From positions 32,000 to 95,999 of the forward strand of contig JALSRD010000035.1 of NCBI GenBank assembly GCA_026984935.1: 64,000 bases of DNA. The letters are read 5' to 3'. A program made the translations under genes and the position numbers. This document shows positions 37,883 through 45,029 of the stretch, one piece after another. Below the pieces are notes generated by a model that had not been told where the DNA came from, made no database searches, and worked only from the letters and a program-made list of their open reading frames with translations. The first letter of the stretch is position 1; every line of letters begins with the position of its first letter. The DNA is from Desulfobacterales bacterium (GTDB taxonomy: Bacteria; Desulfobacterota; Desulfobacteria; Desulfobacterales; JALSRD01).

Positions 37883-38530
37883 ATGAGCGACCAGGAGCCG
37901 GAAGCCATGCTCGAAAAGTATCTGGCGGCGCATACCGACGCCCTGCCGGAACTGTGCGTGGACCTTCTGGAAGAGACCGAGCGCAAGACCGGGCGGGCAC
38001 ACTGGAGTATCGGCAAGGTCGAGGGCCGCTTTCTGCAGATGATCGTCCGCCTTTCCCGAACCCGTCAGGCGGTGGAAGTGGGCACTTTTACCGGTTTTTC
38101 GGCCCTGATGATCGCCGCCGCGCTGCCGCCGGACGGTTGCCTGGTGACCTGCGAAATCGATCCCCAGGTGGCTGAAATCGCCCGGCGCTATTTCGCAAAA
38201 AGCCCCCATGGGCACAAAATCCGTCTGGAGCTGGGGCCGGCCATTGACACACTGCGGGAAATGGCGCCGGGCCGAACAGACTTTGTCTTCATCGACGCCG
38301 ACAAGACCCTGTACAGCCGCTATTTTGACGAGGCGTACCGCATCCTGCGCAGCGGCGGCCTGATTCTGGTGGACAACGTCTTCTGGCGCAGGAAGGTGCT
38401 GCGCAGCCGCATTCGCAACGCCAACGCCCGCGCCATCGCCGCCTTGAATGCCAAAATCGCGCAGGATACGCGCGTCGAAAAAGTCATGCTCAACCTGCGC
38501 GACGGGGTCTACCTGATTCGCAAAAAATGA
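37883..38530 (+). CDS. class I SAM-dependent O-methyltransferase (family 3, caffeoyl-CoA OMT-like)
   Basis: VEVGTFTGFSALMIAAAL (SAM motif I) … FVFIDADKTLYSRYFDEAYRILRSGGLILVDNVFWRRKV is typical of the cation-dependent OMT family. Confidence 0.9.
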   Translation: MSDQEPEAMLEKYLAAHTDALPELCVDLLEETERKTGRAHWSIGKVEGRFLQMIVRLSRTRQAVEVGTFTGFSALMIAAALPPDGCLVTCEIDPQVAEIARRYFAKSPHGHKIRLELGPAIDTLREMAPGRTDFVFIDADKTLYSRYFDEAYRILRSGGLILVDNVFWRRKVLRSRIRNANARAIAALNAKIAQDTRVEKVMLNLRDGVYLIRKK

Positions 38531-38537
38531 AATGTGC

Positions 38538-39428
38538 TCACCGCAGCGCCGCTGCAAAACGTGCGGCCTGACGGCGCAGGTTGGCGGCCCAGTCGGCGGC
38601 CAGGGGATCGGCGGAAATGACTTTTGCCCCGATGGCCGCCGCCACGGTCCTGGCACTCTTGGCGGAAAACTGGGGCTGCACGAAAATGGCCGTGATGCCG
38701 TGCCCGCGGCCGTAGCGGATCAGCTTCTGCAGCTGCTCCGGCTTGGGATCTTTCCCCTCGATTTCCACCGGCAGCTGCCGCAGGCCGTAGGTGCGCGCAA
38801 AATACCCCCAGGCCGGGTGAAAGACCATAAATTCCCGCCGCCGCAGACCCGCCAGGGTGGCGCGTATTTCACGGTCCAGTCTGTCCAGAAAGGCGACGAA
38901 ACTTGTGAAGTTTTTCTTGTACTGGGCTGCGTGGTCGGGATCCGCCCCGGCCAGGGCCCGATAAATGTGGCGTGCCTGGATTTTGACCAGCGGCGGCGAA
39001 AGCCAGATATGGGGATCCTTGACGCCCGTATGCGAAAGGCCGGAGGACGGTGCCCGGCCCGGACGGAACGTCCTTGCCATGGCGATTTTGGAGATGCCGC
39101 CGTCGGTGTGAACCACCAGCAGGTGCGCGTTGGCCGCCTGGAACCTCGGCAGCCAGGTTCTTTCGAAAGGCACACCGACGGCAAAGTAAATTTTCGCGCG
39201 CGAAAGCGCCACCATCTGGCCGGGCCTGGGCTCATAGGTGGCCGGACTGGCCCCGGGCGGTACCATGACCGCCGGGTGCACATGGGCGCCGCCGATTTTT
39301 TCGACAAAAAATCGCTGCGGCGGGATACTCACAAAAACGTTGAGCGGCCCCGCCTGCACAGGCGCCGCCCCCACACCCGCCAGCAGCAGTGCCGCCAGCA
39401 GAAGCTCGCAGCAGTGGGTGAATTTCAT
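38538..39428 (-). CDS. metal (Zn/Mn-type) ABC transporter substrate-binding protein, ZnuA/TroA family
   Basis: Signal peptide MKFTHCCELLLAALLLAGVGAAPVQA. The sequence VFVSIPPQRFFVEKIGG…PPGASPATYEP…HIWLSP…MVFHPAWGYFARTYGL is cluster-9 SBP-like. No cognate permease or ATPase lies adjacent. Confidence 0.85.
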   Translation of the reverse strand: MKFTHCCELLLAALLLAGVGAAPVQAGPLNVFVSIPPQRFFVEKIGGAHVHPAVMVPPGASPATYEPRPGQMVALSRAKIYFAVGVPFERTWLPRFQAANAHLLVVHTDGGISKIAMARTFRPGRAPSSGLSHTGVKDPHIWLSPPLVKIQARHIYRALAGADPDHAAQYKKNFTSFVAFLDRLDREIRATLAGLRRREFMVFHPAWGYFARTYGLRQLPVEIEGKDPKPEQLQKLIRYGRGHGITAIFVQPQFSAKSARTVAAAIGAKVISADPLAADWAANLRRQAARFAAALR

Positions 39429-39479
39429 TTCAGGGCCTCCGTACTCCGTATCCCGAACCTGACGGTCTGTGCCGCCGAT

Positions 39480-39821
39480 TTACCCGGTTTTCAGTTGCGC
39501 CATGGCCGTCTGCATATCGGGGAAAATGGGCAGGAACGTGTCAAAACCCGATATTTCGAAGACTTCCCGGACATAATCCTCCATGGCGCAGAGGACCACT
39601 TTGCCGTCGACGGGTTTGAGCTTTTTGGCGGTCTTGTTCAGGATGCGCAGGCCCGCGCTGGTGATATAGTCGAGGGCCTGGCAGTCCACCACGATGAAGC
39701 GCACGCCGTTGTCGATGGATGTCGATATCTTGTCGTCAAATTCAGGCGCGGTGTTCGAATCCAAACGGCCGTTCAGCTTGAATACAGCGGTGTCATTCTC
39801 TTTTTCTTCTATAATTTCCAT
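39480..39821 (-). CDS. STAS-domain anti-sigma-factor antagonist (SpoIIAA/RsbV-like)
   Basis: 113 aa. FKLNGRLDSNTAPEF… VVDCQALDYITSAGLRIL carries the conserved phosphorylatable Ser in DYITSAGL. Confidence 0.92.
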   Translation of the reverse strand: MEIIEEKENDTAVFKLNGRLDSNTAPEFDDKISTSIDNGVRFIVVDCQALDYITSAGLRILNKTAKKLKPVDGKVVLCAMEDYVREVFEISGFDTFLPIFPDMQTAMAQLKTG

Positions 39822-39933
39822 CTGCTGCTCTCTCCTTTGCGTTCATCGCCGTATCGTGGCCATGCAGTCCGGCCAGGCGGTGAAAATTTTTGCAAACCCC
39901 CGCGTTCGCGTTCGTCGGCATCCGGACAGGCAT

Positions 39934-40365
39934 TCAGGGTGCCTTCCGGTCCAACGTTTTGGTCAACGTCAGGATATTCCGGTTGCCGACCCGCCTGTAC
40001 TGCATCCCCTGCATCAGCTCTTTGCAGATATGCACCCCCAGACCGCCGATTTCACGGTTTTCAACGGGGCCTTTCAGATCGGGGGATTTGAGCGCCACCG
40101 GGTTGAAGGGTTTGCCGTCATCTTCCAGCAAAATGGTCAGGCGGCCCCTGTCATGGGAGACAGAAATATGGATCCAGTGGGTTTTGTCGTCCCCAAAAGC
40201 ATACATGACGATGTTGGTGAAGAGCTCTTCCACCACCAGGTTGAGATGAAATATCTGCCTGCGGTCCAATCCCTGGGATTCACCAAAGGCCTGAATGCGC
40301 TCAAACAGCCGGTTGGTTTCCGAAAGGCTGTTTTTAAGCTTCAACGAAATTTTACCCGCAGCCAT
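39934..40365 (-). CDS. anti-sigma regulatory factor / Ser protein kinase (RsbW/SpoIIAB-like, HATPase_c)
   Basis: N-box VVEELFTNIVMYAF, G1 LEDDGKPFNP, G2 EIGGLGVHICKELM. The start is taken at ATG 40365; the ORF is open up to 40443. Confidence 0.85.
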   Translation of the reverse strand: MAAGKISLKLKNSLSETNRLFERIQAFGESQGLDRRQIFHLNLVVEELFTNIVMYAFGDDKTHWIHISVSHDRGRLTILLEDDGKPFNPVALKSPDLKGPVENREIGGLGVHICKELMQGMQYRRVGNRNILTLTKTLDRKAP

Positions 40366-40390
40366 CGCCACCACTTTCCCGGAAACGAGT

Positions 40391-40918
40391 TTACAGCACA
40401 CTGACGCCGGTTTTTTTGATGCAGGTCTCACAACTTTCGGCATGCCCGCTTAAAAACGCCTCTTCCCAGTCGCTGATACTCCGGATCAATGACTGAAAGA
40501 TCTTCGGAAAGGTTTCCGGAAAAGCCCCGATGCCTTTGACGAATTTCTCGCGCTCCAGGATCAGGACGTACACCTCCGTCGTGGCCTCAAGCGAAAAGAG
40601 CCGCGGCATACGCCCCAACAGCGACAGACTGCCCAGCAGCGTTCCGGCGCCATATGACCGTATCGTACACGGCCGGTCCTCGCAAGCGTACAGCAGATCG
40701 GCCGCCCCCGAAATGATATAGATGGCACAGCCGTCATCGTCCCCCTGGCGAAACAGGTACTCGCCGGCCTTAAAAGTTTCGCGGGTGCACAGGTAGGCCA
40801 GCACTTTCAGGACCTCCAGCGGCAGGGCGCCGAAAAAGCTCGTTTCACGCAACAGGCTGATGTTGTCCTGGAATTCACAGGATGCGCAGTTGTTACCGTT
40901 TTTTCCCGATAAGCTCAT
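40391..40918 (-). CDS. cyclic-nucleotide-binding-domain protein flanked by CxxC motifs
   Basis: cNMP beta-barrel pattern LRETSFFGALPLEVLKVLAYLCTRETFKAGEYLFRQGDDDGCAIYIISGAADL…GAGTLLGSLSLLGRMPRLFSLEATTEVYVLILERE. N-terminal CASC and C-terminal CETC. Its start overlaps the upstream ABC gene by 26 bp. Confidence 0.8.
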   Translation of the reverse strand: MSLSGKNGNNCASCEFQDNISLLRETSFFGALPLEVLKVLAYLCTRETFKAGEYLFRQGDDDGCAIYIISGAADLLYACEDRPCTIRSYGAGTLLGSLSLLGRMPRLFSLEATTEVYVLILEREKFVKGIGAFPETFPKIFQSLIRSISDWEEAFLSGHAESCETCIKKTGVSVL

Positions 40919-43409
40919 AGAGCATCCCCTTTTGGGCCATGAGTTCATCATAGGTCCCGATTTCACCGATCTTGCCGGCTTTCAGAACGATAATCTGGTC
41001 GTAGTTTTTGATGGTGTCCAGGCGGTGCATGATGGAAATCACCGTTCGACGGCCTTTCCAACGTGTTTCCAGCAGGTTCTGTATACGGCTCTGGGACTTA
41101 TTATCCAGTGCCGACGTGGCCTCGTCCATGATCAGGATGGGGGGGGTCTTCAAAAAGGTGCGCGCCACCGCCAGCTTCTGGCGCTGCCCGCCGGAAAGCC
41201 GGTCACCCTTGCTGCCCACGTCGAACTGCATGCCGATTTCGATGATGGTCTCCAGCACGTCTTCTTCGATCAGCACCTGAATAATGCTCTGGTTGATCTT
41301 TTCCTGGGCGTGGGGCTGGGTGCTCTTCATTTTGCCGAAAAAGATGTTGTTTAAAATCGTCTGTGAAAAAATATATTCCGAGGACTGATAAAACGTCACA
41401 CACTCCGGCCGTTCCTGGCTGACTTTTTCTTTAAACAGGGCGCGCCCCTCGAGGATCAGGTCTTCGAGCAGGGAAGGCAGCGACACCATCTTGTGCTTGC
41501 CGGGGATGAACCTTAAAGCCAGCTGCAGCAGCCGGGCGTGATCTTCGTCAGAGAGCTGGTGCAGACGCAGTTTTTCCAGGCGTGCCACCAGATGCTTGTA
41601 GTCTTCGATCTCGGTGGCCGCAATGGGACTCTGTCGGAAAAACACCTCGTCCGGCGGCAGGTTGCCCAGGATGTCCACCAGCTGCCGGGCCAGGCCGGCG
41701 CCCAGGCCCAGCAGCGGGCGGGTCAGATCGGCCTGCTTCAAAAAGTCCAGGAAATAGGCATTGCGCGGCAGGTTGGCTTCGAGAAAATCCTCGCTGTCAG
41801 GCGTACCGAAAATCAAATTTTCCGTAATATTCGAATGGTACAGATACTTGTCCTCTTCATAAAACTCGACATATTCGGCCAGCTGGGCGCCGAAATCACG
41901 CTGCAGGTTGTGGCGCACCTGGATGAGCTGCCCGACCAGATCGTCATGCTTGCCGCGCGTCAGCACCGTGTTGAGTCCAAAACGCAGAACATCCAGAAAA
42001 AGGCCGGTCTGCTGCAGCGCCTCGATGCGGTCGTCACGGTCGGGCAGCGCCTCTTTTCCCTTGTCGGCGCTTCCACTGATCAGGGCCGCCCGGGCGTACA
42101 GCAGGTTTTCCTCGATGGTTCCCGAAAAAATGAAGGGGCGCTGGGACACGAAACCGACATTCTGCACGATATCCCGCTTGGTCAACTCGGACACCTCGTA
42201 GCCGTCAATACGCAGGCTGCCGGCGGTGTATTTGTAGAGCTGCCCGATGCACTGCCCCAGGGTGGTTTTGCCGCTGCCGGAAAAACCCACCACCGCCAGC
42301 TGGCTGCCGGGGTCCAGGGCGAAGGACACGTCCCGCAACAGCCGGATACCGCTGGGTGTCAGAAAGGATAGATTTTTGACCTCGATACGCCCCTTGAAGC
42401 GGTAGGGCGCCCGCCCTTCAGGCTCCAGCACATGTTCAGGCGGTACGTCGAAGAGCGACATGGTGCGGGCATAATTGACCGATCCATCCTGGTAGACCTG
42501 GTAAAATTCGATCAGTTCTTTCCAGGGATCGTACAACTTTTCCTGGGCGGAGAGGAAAGCGACCAGCGACCCCAACGCCAGGTGCCCGCGGATGGAGAGG
42601 TAGCCGCCCAGAATAAAGATGATGAAAGGCCCCAGGCTGACGAAGAAGTTGTTCGAGCTTTTGATGGCAAAACGATAAAGACTCCAGGTGATGCGCGTCT
42701 TCAACAGGCGGTCGACCAGACGGTCGTATTTCTTGTTTTCAATGCCAAACGCGCCGTTGCTCTGGATTTCGTGAATGCCCGAAACGGACTCGGCAATCTT
42801 GTTGGACAACAGGCGCGCCTGGCTCACCCGTTTTTTGTTGGCCGCGTTAACGCGCTTTTGCAGCATGGGCACCAGGAAAACCACGATGGGATAGATGGAC
42901 AGCGAGACAGCGGCCAGAAGTGGATTGAGCCAGAAAAGGTAGCCGGCAAACGCCAGCAGCGTCAGAATGTTGCTCACGGGCACCGCCACGGCCATCCCGA
43001 CAAAATTTCCCGGCAGGGAAAGCTCGGAAACCAGCGCGTTGACGACCGTCCCCGGCTGGGTGTTGCGAAAGAAGCTCAGCGGCAGCGTCAGGATATGGTG
43101 GTAGAGCGCCTTGCGCATCTGCGCCGTGGCCTGCTGCGCAACGTAGGTCTGCAGGGCGTTGATCATGAATTTCAAGCCGCTGGCAAGGACCACGGCAACC
43201 AGGTAGACGCCGCAGTAACGCAACAGCAGGTCCATGCGGCGCAGGCTGATAGCCTCGTTGACGATGCGCTTTTGCATCTCCAGCGGAACGACGCGTGCAA
43301 ACACCGTCAGCATGATGATGGCCACCAGCAGGATCTGGAGCTTGATGTTGACGGCAAAAACCCAGGAAAACAGCGTCCTTTTCACCACTGGTGTCTGCGC
43401 TTTGGGCAT
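40893..43409 (-). CDS. ABC exporter (fused TMD-NBD) with about 240-aa insertion in the NBD helical subdomain
   Basis: ATG 43409 has a GGAGG RBS. Six-helix type-I exporter TMD. Walker A GFSGSGKTT, Q-loop VSQ, signature LSGGQRQKLAVAR, Walker B ILIMDEATSALD, H-loop MHR. The distance from Walker A to the signature is about 360 aa rather than the usual ~100. Confidence 0.9.
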   Translation of the reverse strand: MPKAQTPVVKRTLFSWVFAVNIKLQILLVAIIMLTVFARVVPLEMQKRIVNEAISLRRMDLLLRYCGVYLVAVVLASGLKFMINALQTYVAQQATAQMRKALYHHILTLPLSFFRNTQPGTVVNALVSELSLPGNFVGMAVAVPVSNILTLLAFAGYLFWLNPLLAAVSLSIYPIVVFLVPMLQKRVNAANKKRVSQARLLSNKIAESVSGIHEIQSNGAFGIENKKYDRLVDRLLKTRITWSLYRFAIKSSNNFFVSLGPFIIFILGGYLSIRGHLALGSLVAFLSAQEKLYDPWKELIEFYQVYQDGSVNYARTMSLFDVPPEHVLEPEGRAPYRFKGRIEVKNLSFLTPSGIRLLRDVSFALDPGSQLAVVGFSGSGKTTLGQCIGQLYKYTAGSLRIDGYEVSELTKRDIVQNVGFVSQRPFIFSGTIEENLLYARAALISGSADKGKEALPDRDDRIEALQQTGLFLDVLRFGLNTVLTRGKHDDLVGQLIQVRHNLQRDFGAQLAEYVEFYEEDKYLYHSNITENLIFGTPDSEDFLEANLPRNAYFLDFLKQADLTRPLLGLGAGLARQLVDILGNLPPDEVFFRQSPIAATEIEDYKHLVARLEKLRLHQLSDEDHARLLQLALRFIPGKHKMVSLPSLLEDLILEGRALFKEKVSQERPECVTFYQSSEYIFSQTILNNIFFGKMKSTQPHAQEKINQSIIQVLIEEDVLETIIEIGMQFDVGSKGDRLSGGQRQKLAVARTFLKTPPILIMDEATSALDNKSQSRIQNLLETRWKGRRTVISIMHRLDTIKNYDQIIVLKAGKIGEIGTYDELMAQKGMLYELIGKKR

Positions 43410-44073
43410 AAAGCCTGCCTCCGGTTGTCTGTCAGCCAAATCGCCTGCCGGCTGAATCTTCGCCGACTTTCTGTAATTGTTACCGCATAAACCACTTTTT
43501 TTCAAACTTAAAAGCGTATCCAAAAGTATGGCTGTCCGTTGCGCTTGAGACTCGCGCAACTCGCGCCACGATAAGTTCGCTTAATTTTGGCGTTGCGGTG
43601 CCTGCCTGCGCCAAGCGCAGCGCGGCAGGCAGGCCCGGCTGGCAAGGCACTCCGTACCAGGATCAATTGGATAAATGCTCCGTCCGTTGCGAGTGGGCCT
43701 ATGTTCGCAACATCACAGCTATCATCAAGAAATGGCCGGGAAAGGTACTGGAGACTGCGCCTTCCTGACTGAGACGTACCCGTCGGCGGCGTTGCCGCCA
43801 CGGTCACGCGCCTCAATCGCGGCAACATGGCGGAATCGGCAGGCGCTTTTCCGCGACAGGTCCTGCCGTGGATTCTGACGGATCCATAGCATAATGATGG
43901 GGGGATTCGTACAGTGCCGAAAACCGGGAACCAGGGGGCGGGTGCCGTATGGCCCGAAGTGCAATGACAGGTGCCGCCAACCCTGAAATCAAGCCGTATC
44001 CTCCAGGACTTGCAAACGGCCAAGCAATGAGATAACCGATGGCCCAAACACCACCCACATGAAGAGGCGCAGC

Positions 44074-44508
44074 ATGGAAAACCAGGAACACTATCGCAAA
44101 TTGGAAAACATGATGCATTCGGCGCCGCTGGTCAAACTCACCGGCGCACGGGTCGAAATCAGCAGGGGCGAGGCGGTGATCCGGATTCCGGTGGATGAAA
44201 AATTTTTCCACGCCGCCGGCGCCCTGCACGGCGCCATTTATTTCATGGCCCTGGACAACGCGGCCTTTTTTGCCGTCAATTCCCTGGTAAAGGATGTTTT
44301 CGTATTGACCACGAGCTTCACCACCTATTTGACGCGCCCGGTATCGGAAGGGGTGATAAAGGCCGTCGGGCGCGTGGTCAACCCGCATCCGCGCCAGTAT
44401 CTTGCGGAATCCGTTTTGCATAATTCAGAGGGTAAGGAAATCGGGAGGGGCCACGGCGTTTTCCTGAAAAGCAAAATCCCGCTGTCCGAAAAAATCGGAT
44501 ACCAATAG
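44074..44508 (+). CDS. PaaI/hotdog-fold thioesterase
   Basis: APLVKLTGARVEISRGEAVIRIPV…AAGALHGAIYFMALDNAAFFA…GRGHGVF matches the PaaI family pattern. ATG 44074 has an AGAGG RBS; ATG 44059 is an alternative start. Confidence 0.85.
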   Translation: MENQEHYRKLENMMHSAPLVKLTGARVEISRGEAVIRIPVDEKFFHAAGALHGAIYFMALDNAAFFAVNSLVKDVFVLTTSFTTYLTRPVSEGVIKAVGRVVNPHPRQYLAESVLHNSEGKEIGRGHGVFLKSKIPLSEKIGYQ

Positions 44509-44666
44509 AACTTCAAACCACCAACCTGCGTGGACTGCCCGCTCCACGCCATCGGCCGTTCATATCACAGCCGTGACAGCTGAGGTGCCTATGCAGACGG
44601 GCATGGCCGGCGCCATCAGTGCGACGAAAAATTTAAATCAACCTGTTCGGGAAAGGAGAGGCAACG

Positions 44667-44993
44667 ATGCGCAACCTATTGAGCGGTGTAGAGGAAATTC
44701 TACTGATGGATCCCGGTCCTTCCAACGTGCCGGATCCGGTCTATCGGGCTTTAGGCACGAGGACGGTTGGCCATCTGGATCCGCATTTCATCAAAATCAT
44801 GGACGCGATTAAGTCCCGCTTGCAAAAGCTGATCAAAACGTCGGCCAAACTGACCCTGCCGGTTTCCGGCACCGGCTCGGCGGGCATGGAGACGTGTTTT
44901 GTCAACCTGGTCGAGCCCCGTGATCCCGTGCTCATCCTGATCAACGGGGTATTCGGCATGCGCATGCAGGATGTGGCCACACGCCTGTGTTGA
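44667..44993 (+). pseudogene. 5' fragment of a class V aminotransferase (serine-pyruvate/alanine-glyoxylate type), truncated after about 108 aa
   Basis: [44 protein letters not shown]…[34 protein letters not shown] is the conserved N-terminal third of AGXT-like enzymes (normally about 380 aa). The ORF stops at 44993, and 37 bp later the convergent DapA-family gene ends. Confidence 0.7.
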
Positions 44994-45029
44994 CACTTGG
45001 AAAAGACGCTCGGGCCGTATAACCGGCCG

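Noticed and set aside
39741-39765. tRNA-like T-arm string ggtgttcgaatcc
   Set aside because: The flanking bases cannot form the 5-bp T-stem or an acceptor stem. It lies inside the STAS-domain CDS. No tRNA cloverleaf could be built anywhere in the window.
43880-43990. Cobalamin-riboswitch-like fragments (…CGGGAAccaGGgGGcgggTGCC…CCCGaaGTGcaaTGa…) upstream of the thioesterase gene
   Set aside because: The conserved GGTGAAAATCC core and the GCCACTG B12 box are absent, and the downstream gene has no link to cobalamin. It could still be screened with cmscan, but I cannot support it.
43560-44058. 500-bp divergent intergenic region with a GC-rich hairpin (gcctgcctgc…gcaggcaggc, about 43602-43638) and small ORFs (43587-43772, 43675-43878)
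   Set aside because: The small ORFs have off-frame-like composition and no RBS. The hairpin is not repeated elsewhere in the window (not a REP family). I found no match to a known RNA motif. It most likely just holds the two divergent promoters.
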